DNA from: Narcine bancroftii
Taxonomy: Eukaryota
DNA length: 64,000 nucleotides
Direction of reading: 5' to 3'
Assembly (NCBI RefSeq): GCF_036971445.1
Contig: NC_091477.1
Coordinates: 99,324,001-99,388,000 of the forward strand
The notes under the pieces: generated by a model
Told to the model about the DNA's origin: nothing
Database searches by the model: none
Seen by the model: only the letters and a program-made list of their open reading frames with translations
Position numbers and translations under genes: made by a program
Shown: positions 1-13,830 of the stretch, in pieces
Position numbering within the stretch: the stretch's first letter is position 1
Layout of the letters: every line of letters starts with the position of its first letter

Positions 1-738
1 GCATTCATTCATATAATTGATTTCTTGGAAATTTTCAATTGTTTACAATTTTGAGAAGATTTCTTTTTTCTTTCGGTTAGTTTTTTTAAAGCATCAATTA
101 AACGCTCCAAAGAACTATCTTGACTGATTTGTTACACCAAGGAATATTGAATTGTGAATCACTCTAAAATGTAAGAATTTGCATAGGATCTACCTTTCAG
201 TGATCAATAATGGAAAAACAAAATCAAATTTTTTTTTGTGAGGAACTTTACACACATTTTAGAGATGTAACAAAATTGAATTTGAGGTGTGCCTTTCAAT
301 CTCTTGTATTGGTTAAGTTTTACCTATCAGTAACTTTCATTTTGGAAGCAACTTACTACAAGTAAGAAATTGAAATTCTTCATATTATAACTCATTTGGA
401 TGCCAATGGCGTAAGTTAATTTCTGGCAACATAGCCTTTCCATAATGATTTTTTTTTCAGCAAGTGGACTGAAAAAAATCAATTAAACCTGCTGTTTAAT
501 GGATGGGTGCTTCAAATTCTCTTGTTCCACTGTGCGCATCAAAAACAATTCTAAATCATTCTAAATAGGATCCATGAAGTGATAATCCCAAGATAGGTGT
601 TATGTAGCAGCATAATATTTTTGAAAAGTAATAGGAGAAACAAGTTGGGTGTTTAATTGCTGAATTATCACTGAGGATCCTTGTCTGGCAGAGAGATTAA
701 GATCAAGAAGACCCACACAGAAATGTTGGAACAATATT

Positions 739-1470
739 CTTCTTTGGCTTGGCTTCGCGCACGAAGATTTATGGAGGGGGTAAATGTCCACGTCAGCTGC
801 AGGCTCGTTTCTGGCTGACAAGTCCGATGCGGGGCAGGCAGACTCGGTTGCAGGCGAAAATTGGTGGGTTGGGGTTGGGTGTTGGGTTTTTCCTCCTTTG
901 TCTTTTGTCAGTGAGGTGGGCTCTGCGGTCTTCTTCAAAGGAGGTTGCTGCTCGCCGAACTGTGAGGCGCCAAGATGTACGGTTTGAGGCGATATCAGCC
1001 CACTGGCGGTGGTCAATGTGGCAGGCACCAAGAGATTTCTTTAGGCAGTCCTTGTACCTCTTCTTTGGTGCACCTCTGTCACGGTGGCCAGTGGAGAGCT
1101 CGCCATAGAACACGATCTTGGGAAGTCGATGGTCCTCCATTCTGGAGACGTGACCCACCCAGCGCAGTTGGATCTTCAGCAGCGTGGACTCGATGCTGTC
1201 GGCCTCTGCCATCTTGAGTACTTCGATGTTAGGGATGAAGGCGCTCCAATGAATGTTTAGGATGGAGCGGAGACAACGCTGGTGGAAGCGTTCTAGGAGC
1301 CGTAGGTGATGCCGGTAGAGAACCCATGATTCGGAGCCGAACAGGAGTGTGGGTATGACAACGGCTCTGTATACGCTTATCTTTGTGAGGTTTTTCAGTT
1401 GGTTGTTTTTCCAGACTCTTTTGTGTAGTCTTCCAAAGGCGCTATTTGCCTTGGCGAGTCTGTTGTCTAT
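739..1470 (-). mobile_element. RTE-clade LINE, 5'-truncated young copy
   Basis: ORF 793-1533 encodes an RTE ORF C-terminus (RLAKANSAFGRL, QLRWVGHVSRM, GAPKKRYKD). Flanked by CAATATT at 732-738 and 1471-1477 (TSD). Confidence 0.93.
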
Positions 1471-1484
1471 CAATATTACTGAAC

Positions 1485-1960
1485 ATAGAATAGGACAGTA
1501 TAGGATCTGGCCCTTCAGTCCATATGTCTGCACTGAACATGTCCAAATTAAACCAGTTTGCAGCTGTTAGATATCCCCCTTCGTGCTCGTGTATCCATCT
1601 AGAAACGTCTTAAATCCTACTATTTTACATCTGCTTCCACCACGACTTCTAGCAGGTGGTCCTGAGCACCAACTGCTTTTTTTAAAATATGTCATGTGTA
1701 TCTCCCCTGAAATCCTCTCTCTCCTCACCACCTCAAATGCATTTCCTTTAGTTTGTGACACTTTTGTCAATGGGACTGTCCACTCTATCAATGCCTCTCA
1801 TATTATATACAACTTTATCCACTTCCACCTCAACCTCCTACAATCTAGTGAAAGCAACCCACATTTGTCCAACCTCTCACCGTCCCTCAAACCTGCAAAT
1901 TTAGGTAACATCCAAGTAAATCTCCCCTGTTCCATTTTCAAAGCATCCACATCTTGCTTT
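1485..1960 (-). mobile_element. CR1-like LINE 3' end, degenerate
   Basis: Minus strand reads like a CR1 ORF2 tail (TKGNAFEVV..FKTFLD) plus 3' UTR. Confidence 0.6.
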
Positions 1961-1961
1961 C

Positions 1962-2560
1962 TTAGCATAATTCTGAGATTACCAGTCTGGAAGTTCTGCT
2001 TTTAAACTTACTACCTAGCTCCCTGATTTCATTCTGCAACACCACTGTCCTCTTCCTATCTATGCCATTAATACCAACACAGATGATGATGTTTGGCTGC
2101 TCACCCTCCCCTTTAAAAATGACATCCTGGACCCTGACACTAGGGATGCACACAATATCCTTGAGTCTGTTTCAGCCACAGAAATGCCTATCTGTACTTC
2201 TGATGATGGCGTATATCTTTGGCTTGGCTTCGCGGACGAAGATTTATGGAGGGGGTAAAATGATGATGGCGTATATAAAAAATGCGATGATGGCGTATAT
2301 AAAAAATGCGATAAACACTATCGTTCTACCTGACTCCAATGGTGGTACCAATGAACTGACTGTTAATCTACAGGGGAATTCGCTACTGTCTGCCTTCTCT
2401 CTTTACTCTTCCAGATCTTTACTGAAATTATTGACTTTCTGTTTCTTAAATGATCCAGAGTTCATCGAACTCCAATACCTTAATGCATTCATCGTGGAGC
2501 TGCAGCTGAATGGACTCCCCTCAGATGAAGTCCATAGGGACACTGTTGTGTAACTATTTC
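1962..2560 (-). mobile_element. CR1 ORF1 (SGNH esterase-like) fragment
   Basis: ORF 1962-2153 PSVRVQDV..KGEGEQP..VGINGIDRKR..LGSKFKSRTSRLVIS is typical of CR1 ORF1 esterase. Confidence 0.75.
2217..2260 (-). mobile_element. 44-bp RTE 3'-end micro-insertion
   Basis: Matches the RTE 3' terminus. Flanked by TGATGATGGCGTATAT at 2201-2216 and 2261-2276. Confidence 0.85.
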
Positions 2561-5089
2561 CAATGGCTTGCAAAGTATTTGTAGATGATAAACACTGTCC
2601 AGCTTTCCATCTGAAATATTGTAATTCTAACACTTAGAACCCTATTTACTTGTGATCACCCTGCTATTTAATTGAGCTTTCAGAAAAGATAAAATATCCT
2701 TTGACATTCAGATCCATTTAAATTTGAAAAAAAACCTTGAAAAGTAGATTCAAACAATAAACAAATACAATTTTTAATTTAAAAATCTAGCTATTAGTCC
2801 AACAATTCATATTAAAATCAATAAGACTTGTGGCCCTACCTGTTTTTGACCTTCTGGAGCCCAGTGCTAGATTTGCCTTTCTGACTGCAAATTTGGGAAT
2901 TCTGTGTTTGACAGCACATGAACAAATGCCCTGGGCTTTCTGCCTTTTAAACCGATTAATGTTGATTGTTTTGTTCAGAACAGCTTGCATTAGCCAGTAT
3001 TGTCTAGTCCCACATATTCATTCTGGTTACCAGGGATAGGAGTGGATGAATTTTTCAGAGCAAGCACGTTGTCCATTCCCATTGAAGACATGACTGATGC
3101 ACTGTTCCCAAAGGGCTACTTAACCATCTCCAACCAAGTGTAAATAAACAGTTGTGGAAACAGCAGCAGTTCCTTGGGGTCAGGCATATGATTGATGACT
3201 GGTGGAGCTTAAGCTGCTCACAGTCAATCATACAAAGTATGTCAAATGCACATGATTCTTTTCCTCAATTCAAGATGGCTCAGAATCTTCTAAAATCATG
3301 GCAGAATTTCAAACAGGAGACTGCTGCTATTGTTAACTCTCTGGTTTTCACTGATTCCCTGCCAAATTTGCAGCAAAGCAGAAATGCACAATTCTCCATC
3401 AATTTTTCCTATGGCATTTCCACTCTCTAAAACTCCGGCTAATCGGAGGGCTCTGCAATCTTCCATATGGCTTCTGTGCAAGTGAACACACAGATTGTGG
3501 TCACCGTCTTTATTCAATGATGCGATTGTTCCCCTCTCTCCGCAGAATAAGCAAGGAGAGTTGTGCACGAGGTTCTTGGTATGTTGCATATCCTAACTAT
3601 TCAAGAAGTGTTGCACCTCATAATTAAATAGATGTGCCCCTGTGAGTTAGAAGATGAAGACTGTAAACACTGTACATCTTAATTGGCATAAAGGTTTTAG
3701 AATAATTGGGCTGACATTTATTGCAGTTAAAGGAATGTCCTTTAATCGAAAAAGAAAACTCACTCACTGGCTGGCGTCGTTAAATCATCAAACTAATCTT
3801 GTCCCAATGTGAGAATTTGATAATAACTCCCCTGACATAAATCTGAAGGATGTAAACAACTTTGGATGGTAACATTAAATAGCTCGTGGCCTTGGTAGCC
3901 TGACTTCAGATAGAAAAATCTTATCATAGGCTGTGTGATAGGTAGAAAGAAAGATACAGGCAGTGGTGGGATTACTCTCAAGGAGAATGGCGGAGCCTTT
4001 GTCATCTCCCCAGTGTAGTTCATCAGCAATCTTTCTGCTCATCCTGACTGATCCATACATGTTTAATTGGAAATGCCAGCTATGCCTTGTTAACTTACCT
4101 TGTAGCCATATCCTTTGACTGTGGTCATTCTTTCTCATGCTATTCACATTATCTGCTCTCTGTACACATTCTCACTATTCTCTGTGAATTTCTCCAATGT
4201 TTCTTATGGATCCAATGACAACTATTATGCATGTTTCCTCATTAATTTCTCCTTTAGAAGAGAAAGATCAATAAATGTCTTGTTCTTTATCAGCATTTTA
4301 AAGCCTTTAGGTATTTTTAAATTGTCATCACTCATTTTTAGGAAATGTTTTAACAAGCCTTATGATTAATGGTCTAAAAACAGAAAAAAAGCGTGTTCTG
4401 AATAGAAATCTCATCTATTCACTGTTGTTGAATTAATATGATTTGTTCAAAGTCCCTCGGCCAGAACAATGAGGGGATTTGTGTGGTAGTCATGTATCCA
4501 GTTGTCTCTGGATCCACATTTCTCCCCATTGCTTTGTTTCTGCTGTTGACAGTGTATGGAAGCTGTGAGATGAGGTTGTGCATCTTGGCGTGGTAATAAC
4601 TGTTGAAGGTTAAATGGTGCCATGCGCATGTTTGGTAGATGTCTTGATTATTGTTAGGAAAGGATGGGAATGTATTGCATGAAGTATCTGAGTTGGCAGG
4701 AAAGGGGATTTGATGATACATGCATGGACCTCAACTGTCTGTGGTGCTATTAGATAATTAATGTCCTTCCTGTTTGTCTCTTTCTATTTATCCATTTTCT
4801 ATACATTCCTACTAAAGCTTTGCTCAAGAACTTTATATGATAAGAATGCTTTTACTGCATCTCATTAATCAGGACATGCCAAGCCAATCTAATTGGTTAG
4901 GATGATGGTTCCCACCCAAATATTGCTTGGTCAAATGCTCAGGGCAGAGATCCTAATAATTCATTGTTGGTGACACATTGTTGGAACACTGTGGATTTTC
5001 TCAAGACTAACTCCTCTTTAGAGGGAAGATAGGAGATACATAGAATTGAAAAGAAGGAGTGACATTGAGACTGGTCAAGAAAATGTGGA

Positions 5090-5430
5090 AACAGATCCTT
5101 TCTTTATCATGTTCTACCTATCACCTACTGCTCTGCACTCTTCCTCACCCAGTTCCAATCCCAAAACTATCCTTTCCCACCTATTGCCTCTGTCTTAACA
5201 CTTCCACAACCCCTTGTGCCATCAGACTCTCTCTGCCCATCATTCTCCTCTCACCAGATTCCATCTGTCATTTGCCACTCTCTAACTCATCACTCCATCT
5301 CATTTCCTCAGACTGCCTATCTAATTCTGTGCTATTGCAGGTTCTCGACCTGAAATGTTGACCATCCCTTTGTCTCCACAGATGATGCTTTACTTGTTGA
5401 ATTCTTCCAGCAGTTTGCTCTTTGTTTGCT
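5090..5430 (+). mobile_element. Penelope-like element terminal fragment
   Basis: Pyrimidine-rich tract then ..tctcgacctgaaatgttgac..tccagca, a terminus shared with other copies in the window. Confidence 0.55.
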
Positions 5431-8400
5431 AATACTCTAACTGTTTTGTTGTGCATGTTATGGATCATTAACCATGACTTCTTGCAAGCTCCAAAATTAT
5501 GCACAATCAACTCTACCAATGGTCACATCATAAAGCACCTTCTCTTTAAGGTGTGTTTAATAAACATCAGGTAGCTTCAATTGGTGCTGGAAGCACATGA
5601 CATTGCACATCATAATTATCCACCAAAGCCTCGCAAGAATGTACCATGTTGATTACGTTGCAGGACCATGTTGCGCCTGAACTTCACTAGGTAAATATCA
5701 TAGATTATCAAGACATAACCATCCTATTCTTTGATTTCCAGAGCTTTCATTTCAGTCTCCTTTCTTGTTGCGACTGTGAAATTATCTCTAGAGGATAGAT
5801 TTTATTTCTGATCTAAGCAAACAAAAGAAATATTTGTGCATAATACACTTTTCATGAGCCTCAGGATGTTATGGTACAATTTATTGAACAAGTAACATCA
5901 CTGTTATTATAAATGTAATGTAGCAGTTACTGCTCTGCACTTCATCAAGTCGAGTAACAGACATGGTTTATATCATTTGACCTTGCCCTTTATTGAGTTC
6001 ACCCTGAGCATTAGGTTTGTCTGTTTTTCCAGTGTTGATTGGACATACATTTCAATGGCATGAAATATGGTATAATTCATGATGCTATTAATAGATTTAC
6101 TGCAGGATAATACCAGCACAATTATTCAGAAATACCTTCATATTATACACATTTTAGATTGAGAATAATATCACTTAAATCAAAGATTCAGGTACAATAG
6201 CTGTTCTGTAATCTATTGCATTAAAGCATGCACTACAATTTTATTCAATTCAGATTTCAGAAGCCCTGTTATTCAAAATCATTAAAAAAATTTTATGCAA
6301 TGTTTGTAAAATTTATATAAAAACCCGTTTCATGGATTCTGGCAAAGGTGCTCATTGATTACGTGTGCAGCCGTGACTTATGTTCATCCACAATCCCCTT
6401 ATTAACATACAACTGTTGGATATTAAACCAAAATAAATTTGGTTTCCATTTGCCTTGAGTTTCTCTAAACAAGGACATACCAATATTTACTGTATCTGCA
6501 AGTAATTTTCCTCCAGGCTCATGATGTTAGATTTTGTATTAAGCAGTAATGTAGTTGTCAATCCATTTCCCATGAGAGTGCATTGCATTGGTTTTAGTAT
6601 GCAAAAGAATTACAAAAAGCTGTGATTTTTATTCAGCTTATCACAGGCAGCACCTACAACTCATACAATCTGAGTCAGCTTGGAAAAAATTGACAATTAA
6701 ACTTTGACTTTAATACTTCAGGCAATGTGGCAGACCTCCAGAACAAAACAATGCAAGCCATGCATAATAGATGAAGTAGAACTAACAATTCAGTAGATCT
6801 TTCCATCTTGGTATTCTTGCAAGCTAATGGTGTTTTTGAAGGACCAATTAAAATTGACAGGAAAGAAATGCACGCGAGTAGCAAAGAGCCCAAAGTAAGC
6901 TTTCAACAAAAGACATTTGTTTATTGTCATTGTTTACTGATTTGCAATGTTCTATACGTGAGTTACAGGATCAAGAAATCAAAATGTATTTGTTATACAT
7001 TTATGACATTTCAGGTGTACATATGGACAAATTTCATATCGAATCTGATCTGAGACAGAATATGGCAATCATGAAATTTCTTGGGAATTACTCCTCTTGT
7101 CCCAGAGTGAAACATTAGGATAGTGTTATTCATTCCATTTGTGAAAGAAAGACCCAAAGGAAAGCTCCTATATCTTATGAAGATTATCAAATTTGTTTGA
7201 ATTAATTACTATTTGCAAATTAAGGTTTAAAAAGTTCAGTTTTCAATGTCACCAATATTGAGTGTATTCACAGTATAATTTGTGTTCTTCCAGACACAGG
7301 CAAGGCTTCCTAACACCACCTAGCCGCTACAACAAGCAACAACCAAATTTAAAGTCCTCATAAAATTGCATGGAGTTCTATGTACAGAATAACTGTCCCA
7401 TCCAAAATTCCTGGCTCTCTCAGGTTGTGATCCAACTTTCAGACCTCTCCAGCCTCAGGAATATTGGGTCCATTACAGCCCTGACAAAGGCATGAATTGG
7501 AGTTTGATGTATTGCTGAGATTATAAAGAATGCCCAAAGGCACTGATGTCAACTATTACAACAACTTTGATTTTGCTTTGAAGTGTGAACAGATGAGAGA
7601 TGTTCAGTGCTCCAGGCAGATGCAGGTAATTTCAAAGGTGAACAGTTCCACATCTTTCTGTGTCCATTTAGTTGTTCATTTGCACACATTGTGTATATAA
7701 ATGATATTTGTGGCTGCTATAACACATGCTCAGCATATTCAGGAACAACATTCACAATAACAGAAGATTAGAAACAGAAACTCACAGTTCATATTTATAT
7801 ACATACAGGGTATATATTTATATATATTTTTTTTTAACATATATGTATTTTTATATAGTACTTGATACACAATCTCATTGATTTATTTAAGATACTTTTA
7901 ATTTATGAATTAAAGAAAACAGAAAGTACTGTAAGGCTGTAGCAGTGAGGATGTCTCATTGAAACTGTGACTATATGTTCGGAGTGATGGAAAACAAGTG
8001 GCAACAGCTTAATTATCCATGTTTTGTGTCTTATCTTCTAAAACAGATGTTTGAAACACCTGAAAAAGATAAACATATTAGCCCCTTGTCAAAGAACATG
8101 AATGGGCGATTAGTGCTGCATCTACAGTTACAAGTACATTGAAAGGTCTTTGAGATGTTCAGACATCCTCTCAATATGAAATATGAGAGCAAAGAATCTT
8201 AAGTGGTGATGACCAATAATATATAAGTGAAATTAATAGAGCCGTATTAGAGCTGAAAGTGGAGGAGGTCATCTCAAACTAAGTAAAGCAAAGGGAACTC
8301 ATCATTCATGTTAGGCATTACTTTGCCAGTGGGACGGGCCTGGATGTAGATGGTGGAATGAAGCTGGTTTTCTTATCTTTTTGCCTCTTAACTTAGGAAT

Positions 8401-8469
8401 TCAACTCAGTCATGAGATTGCAAATGTAGTGAATAGAAGTTGAAAGAATAGGTCTTTGGAGGGGTGGGG

Positions 8470-9010
8470 AGAGAATGAAGTTAAACACAGAAATGCTGGG
8501 GGAACTCAGCAGGTCTTGCATCATCCAACCAGGTGGCATTAACATTGACCTTAACATTACCGATGTTTCAGCCTAAGCCCTTCTTCAAGGTATGAGTAAA
8601 TTGGAGGCAGCATTTGAAGAAAAGATAGGGGAAGGAGTACAGACCAACAGACAAAAGGTGCTAACTGGATGTGGAGAAGAGGTCAGGAGAAAGGAAAGGT
8701 GAGACTTGATAAGCAAAGGGTGGAGGGGTTGGGGGGTGCCTCTATAAATGCAGAGCTATGATAATGCAGACAGAGAGAAAAGGGAATAAAGATGGATAGA
8801 GCTACAGGATAGGAGATGTGGGAGGTAGGTGGCTAATGGAAACTAGAGAAGTTAATATTAATGCCATCTGATTGGAGGGTGCCCAGATGGAATATGAGGG
8901 ATTGTTTGTCTAATTTGTGCAGGTCTCAGACTGATGGTGCATGAGACCATTGGCAGACATGTCAGCAAGGGAATGGGGTAGGGAATTGAAATAAGTGGCC
9001 ACTGGGAGAT
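8470..9010 (-). mobile_element. Penelope-like element (GIY-YIG C-terminus plus terminal repeat)
   Basis: Minus strand LIFHLGTLQSDGININFSSF (~8840-8905) followed by a hammerhead-like terminus at 8557-8593. Confidence 0.7.
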
Positions 9011-9178
9011 CCTTAAGCTTGGTAGTAGTGCACGAAGTCAAAATTGTTTCTGGTTAAAAGGAATTGAACATAATTTCCCCCTTTACGTAGATGATCTTTT
9101 GCTCCACTTGTCAAACCCTGATACTTTTTTTATCATTCACTTTGTCAATCCTTTCTCAGTTTAGCAAGTTTTCAGGAT

Positions 9179-9325
9179 ACAGGGAGGAGGAGAGAGGGAG
9201 GCAGGGGGAGTGGAGAAAGAGGGAGAGGGGGAACAGAGGGAAGAGGGAGGGAGGAAAGAGGGGAGGAAGAAGGAGAGGGGAGACAGGGAAAGATGGAAGG
9301 GAAGGGAGGGAAGGAGTGAAGGAGC
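9179..9325. repeat. Purine-rich (G/A) low-complexity tract
   Basis: About 145 bp almost entirely G and A. Confidence 0.9.
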
Positions 9326-9486
9326 TGTGTGTGAAATTCAGAATTCAAAATTGAAGGTACCTGTACTGAAGCCATCTCTCCATCATCTTCTCCTGTAAGT
9401 GTTAACTTTTAATAATGATCTTATGTAGTTACCTTTATTACTGCATACATTATTGTATTACCTGTGTTTTTATTATTAATATAACC

Positions 9487-10349
9487 CACCATGACTAGCA
9501 GCCCCCCCACATCTCCATCGGGCGCACAAAACTCAAAACGGTCAACCAGTTTACCTATCTCGGCTGCACCATTTCATCAGATGCAAGGATCGACAACGAG
9601 ATAGACAACAGACTCGCCAAGGCAAATAGCGCCTTTGGAAGACTACACAAATAGTCTGGAAAAACAACCAACTGAAAAACCTCACAAAGATAAGCGTATA
9701 CAGAGCCGTTGTCATACCCACACTCCTGTTCGGCTCCGAATCATGGGTCCTCTACCGGCATCACCTACGGCTCCTAGAACGCTTCCACCAGCATTGTCTC
9801 CGCTCCATCCTCAATATTCATTGGAGCGCTTTCATCCCTAACGTCGAAGTACTCGAGATGGCAGAGGTCGACAGCATCGAGTCCACGCTGCTGAAGATCC
9901 AGCTGAGCTGGGTGAGTCACGTCTCCAGAATGGAGGACCATCGCCTTCCCAAGATCGTGTTATATGGCAAGCTCTCCACTGGCCACCGTGACAGAGGTGC
10001 ACCAAAGAAAAGGTACAAGGACTGCCTAAAGAAATCTCTTGGTGCCTGCCACATTGACCACCGCCAGTGGGCTGATCTCGCCTCAAACCGTGCATCTTGG
10101 CGCCTCACAGTTTGGCGGGCAGCAACCTCCTTTGAAGAAGACCGCAGAGCCCACCTCACTGACAAAAGGCAAAGGAGGAAAAACCCAACACCCAACCCCA
10201 ACCCACCAATTTTCCCCTGCAACCGCTGCAACCGTGTCTGCCTGTCCCGCATCGGACTTGTCAGCCACAAACGAGCCTGCAGCTGACGTGGACATTTACC
10301 CCCTCCATAAATCTTCGTCCGCGAAGCCAAGCCAAAGAAGAGAAGAAGA
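9487..10349 (+). mobile_element. RTE-clade LINE, 5'-truncated young copy
   Basis: ORF 9858-10286 ends FPCNRCNRVCLSRIGLVSHKRACS. Near-identical to the other RTE copies, with a GAA-rich tail. Confidence 0.93.
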
Positions 10350-11089
10350 TATTATGTTTAAGATGTTTAAGTGTATTGGGAAGTGTTTTATTTGCATATA
10401 AAGTTAAAATGTATGCTATATATGCTAAGATAATCATTTGACTAACTGACACTAAATAAAGACTGCATGTACTTGATCTGACTTAAATATAAATTCAGGT
10501 TAAAGACAGACCTATGTGCCCATCATTGCTTATTGTGATTTAAAGTGGATCATGCGTCTAAAGTTAAATTATCTCCTATCTATTCAAATTTAAATTCTTA
10601 CTGTGATGTGTGTAAGTGAGAAGAGGCTTCTTTAATTGACATGTTTTGGACATGTCTTGAGAAATATTGGAGAGAGGTATTTCAAACATTATACTTATTT
10701 TTAAATGTAAATTTAGAGCCCGATCCTCTGGTTGCTCTTTTTTGGTGCAATTTGTGAAGATGATATTCCTCTAATTCCAATTAAATGTTGTATTCCGTCT
10801 TTTGCATCTTTTCAGGCTGGACGTGGAATATTGTTTCAATGGAAAGATGTTTCCCCACCTACTCATGCTCAATGGCTCAGGAAGATTATGTCCTGTTTAA
10901 ATTTAGAAAAGATATGTTTTTCAACTAATAATTCAAATATAAAGTTTCAAATATTGTGGGGACCATTCATGAATTACTTTAAAAAATATTGGAAAATATT
11001 ACTTATACATTTTTTAATTTGCCATTTTACTTTATGAACAAAGTCCATATTTTCTTTAGTTATACACCTTGTGTTAGGGAATAGGGGTT

Positions 11090-11290
11090 AGCCCACCTCA
11101 CTGACAAAAGGCAAAGGAGGAAAAATCCAACACCCAACCCCAACCAACCAATTTTCCCTTGCAACCGCTGCAATCGTGTCTGCCTGTCCCGCATCGGACT
11201 TGTCAGCCACAAACGAGCCTGCAGCTGACGTGGACTTTTTACCCCCTCCATAAATCTTCGTCCACGAAGCCAAGCCAAAGAAAAGAAGAT
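11090..11290 (+). mobile_element. RTE LINE 3' fragment
   Basis: About 200 bp matching the 3' end of the other RTE copies. Confidence 0.9.
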
Positions 11291-12904
11291 ATGTGGAAAA
11301 AAAATTTCTTTCCACTCTTTTTGAGATACATTTGAATTATGGTTATACATGCTTTATAGCTTCATATGTTATCTAATTTGTCATTTGTTATTAATATTAT
11401 GTATTCTATAAATGTTTTGTATACATATGCTTATTTCTGAAATCAATAAAAATATTTAAAAAGAAAACAATGTTTTGGGTTGTAAAATCAGAAGCAAGCT
11501 GTTTCTCCCTAATTCTTGCAAGAGAATTGCTTTCTCAAACCCCCTCAATATTAATGTGATCCCTGCTTATTTCGTTCAACTCCTGTTTTAATTGTTGTAG
11601 CTCAAAGTTTTCCCAATTTTACTCCTCTACATACTCTCTGCCAATTTTAATTGTGAGGAAGAGGTGTTTGTGAAAATTAAAACAGTACCAATTCTCAGTA
11701 TAGAAATGAGCAATTCAACCCAAGAGGTTTAGGTCAGTGCTTGAGTATGAACATCCTTCAACTATACATCATCTAATATTGTAATGAACCATTCCATTCC
11801 TTTGTCCTTTACTATCTACCAGGCTTCCCTTTGAATAGTCTAGGCTTCACATCAGGACCACTGAGGCAGAGTTCGACAGTCTTCCCATGATCTGACTGAA
11901 GAACTGAATTGTCATTGGATCAGATGCACTGACTTAATAGAATAGTGTATCGAACAATGTGCCTGCTTTTGTCAAATATTAATGAATGTGATTTTGACTG
12001 TGGTTTATGTGTTAGTCTTCAGTCCCTTTCATGTGTTGCCTGAATAAGAGCTTATTTGCAGAGCTGTAACTTTCTAATCTCTCTTTTGGCACTATTGACA
12101 TTCATTTATAAGCTCATTCATGATTTGTGCTCACCCTGCTATTCATTAATTATATTTTGCAAATCCCAGTGTGAAATAATGCTTCATCATTTGTCTGGAT
12201 CCTCATATTCTCAATTCAATAAAAGCTGTATCAATAAATTGAGTCTCAAACCACAAACTTTTGTCTTTCCAATGAAATTAATTTGCTTAAAGTAAAAAAA
12301 AAATACAAATATACTTTATGGTGATCTTCCAAATACTCATTGACGATCTGAAACCAACAACAAATAATAAACAAATCATTTGTTTTTATCCAGGGAATAT
12401 GTGATGTAAAGTTGCTGAAACAAGAGCATTTCTGTTATCAAAGCATAAAAAGATCTGAAGTAAGATCTTCACAAATCAGGGAAATTCTGAGGTGATTTAA
12501 AAAAAATCTTCAAAAACTTCTTTCTACTTGCTCTATATTTCTGGAATGACTGTACATTGATAATAGAGCTAATTGGGAATATGCATTGTTTTTCCTATAT
12601 ACTGATTCGGAACTTGATTGTAGAGAGAGTGGGAATTTTAGGTGGAGAATTGTATTTCAAAATCTTCAATGGGTTTAGGATTTGTTCCGGCATGGACTAG
12701 TAGGGCCAAACTGGCCTGTACTGTGCTGTATATGGTTATATCGCTTTGGTTTTAACTCCCATAAGTCTTAAAACCTGAGCAATCCATCCAAGTCAAGAAA
12801 CGGATCCAATCTGCTTTCAGGAGACTCATTGGCTAATAACTTGCATAGAGTCTATATACCTCCAATATGCTTCTATATTTAATTTTTAAACACATGAATC
12901 TAAG

Positions 12905-13172
12905 GGTGTGACGGTTGGCACGGTGGTTAGCACAACGCTTTTACAGTGCCAGCAATCAGGACAAGGGTTTGAATCCCTCACTGTCCATAAGGAGTTTGTA
13001 CATTCTTCCTGTGTCTGGATGGGTTTTCCCCAGGGGCTCTGGTTTCCTTCCACTGTTCGAAACCTACCGGCAGTGTAGGTTAATTGGGGGTAAATTGGGT
13101 GGCACGGGCTCATGGGCCGAATGGCCTGTTACTGTGCTGTGTGTATATCTAAATTTTTAAAAATTAAAATTT
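12905..13172 (+). mobile_element. tRNA-derived V-SINE
   Basis: A-box-like GGTGGTTAGCA, B-box-like GGTTTGAATCC, V-domain gagtttgtacattct..ggtttcc, CR1-like tail. Confidence 0.85.
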
Positions 13173-13654
13173 AAGATGTCAGGAAACCAGCCAAGTAAAA
13201 TTAGGCAAGAAAGATCAGAACCATGAAGTAAATACTAAAATTGTGTGGCTTGTAGGCCAATGTGTTAACATTTGAGCACTAAGTTTCTATGTATAATGTT
13301 ACATTGACATTGGAAATACTATTGTATTTGGAAAAACATCATCTGGAGTGCAGAAGGCTCCTTAATGACAATAGTATTATTGTACATAATTTTCACCTGT
13401 TAGATCACCTCAGGATCAACTGGGATTTATATTGTTCCTATGTTTGTTTCAACTGAATGGTGCTGTTAATATAATTCACTTCGAGGACTACTCCGGTGAT
13501 CGTTCTATCAGGAGTAAATTTTAATGAGATTTTGAGAGGGCTGAGAGGGTGGGATTGTGGGTGACCCCTGGACACTGAAAAGGTGAGCCTCCATGGAGAT
13601 GTCACAGGGATCAAGTGAAGATTTCAGTTTTCAATTATGGCCAAATTGAATTTT

Positions 13655-13830
13655 AGTTCTTTTCAAGTTCAAGTTTAGAATCATCCAATTGCACAAGTGC
13701 TACCTGATGAAACAGCATTCTCTGATTCTCAGTGCAAAACATGCAGGCACATGACCAGACATAACACACATGCAGACAAACAATACATGCACAGAAGAAA
13801 TATACAAAAATTGAACACTTTGATTTGAAA
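13655..13830 (-). mobile_element. Rex1/Babar-like LINE 3' end
   Basis: ttcaagttcaag tail similar to those at 17690 and 23885. Confidence 0.5.

Larger units (their letters stand above)
9040..11465 (+). mobile_element. L1/Tx1-type LINE ORF2 remnants, interrupted by two RTE copies
   Basis: LYVDDLLL (YADD-like, ~9080); CDVCK..MFWTC knuckle (~10600-10655); ORF 10732-11037 (QWKD..QWLRKIMSCLNLEKI..WGPFM); AATAAA and A-rich tail ~11445-11468. Confidence 0.7.

Noticed and set aside
4099-4252. Apparent minus-strand exon (ttctaaag|..|gtaagt)
   Set aside because: Stops occur in all three frames, and the + strand reading gives cadherin motifs instead.
12905-12985. tRNA gene
   Set aside because: The A/B boxes continue into a V-SINE body and no cloverleaf is evident.
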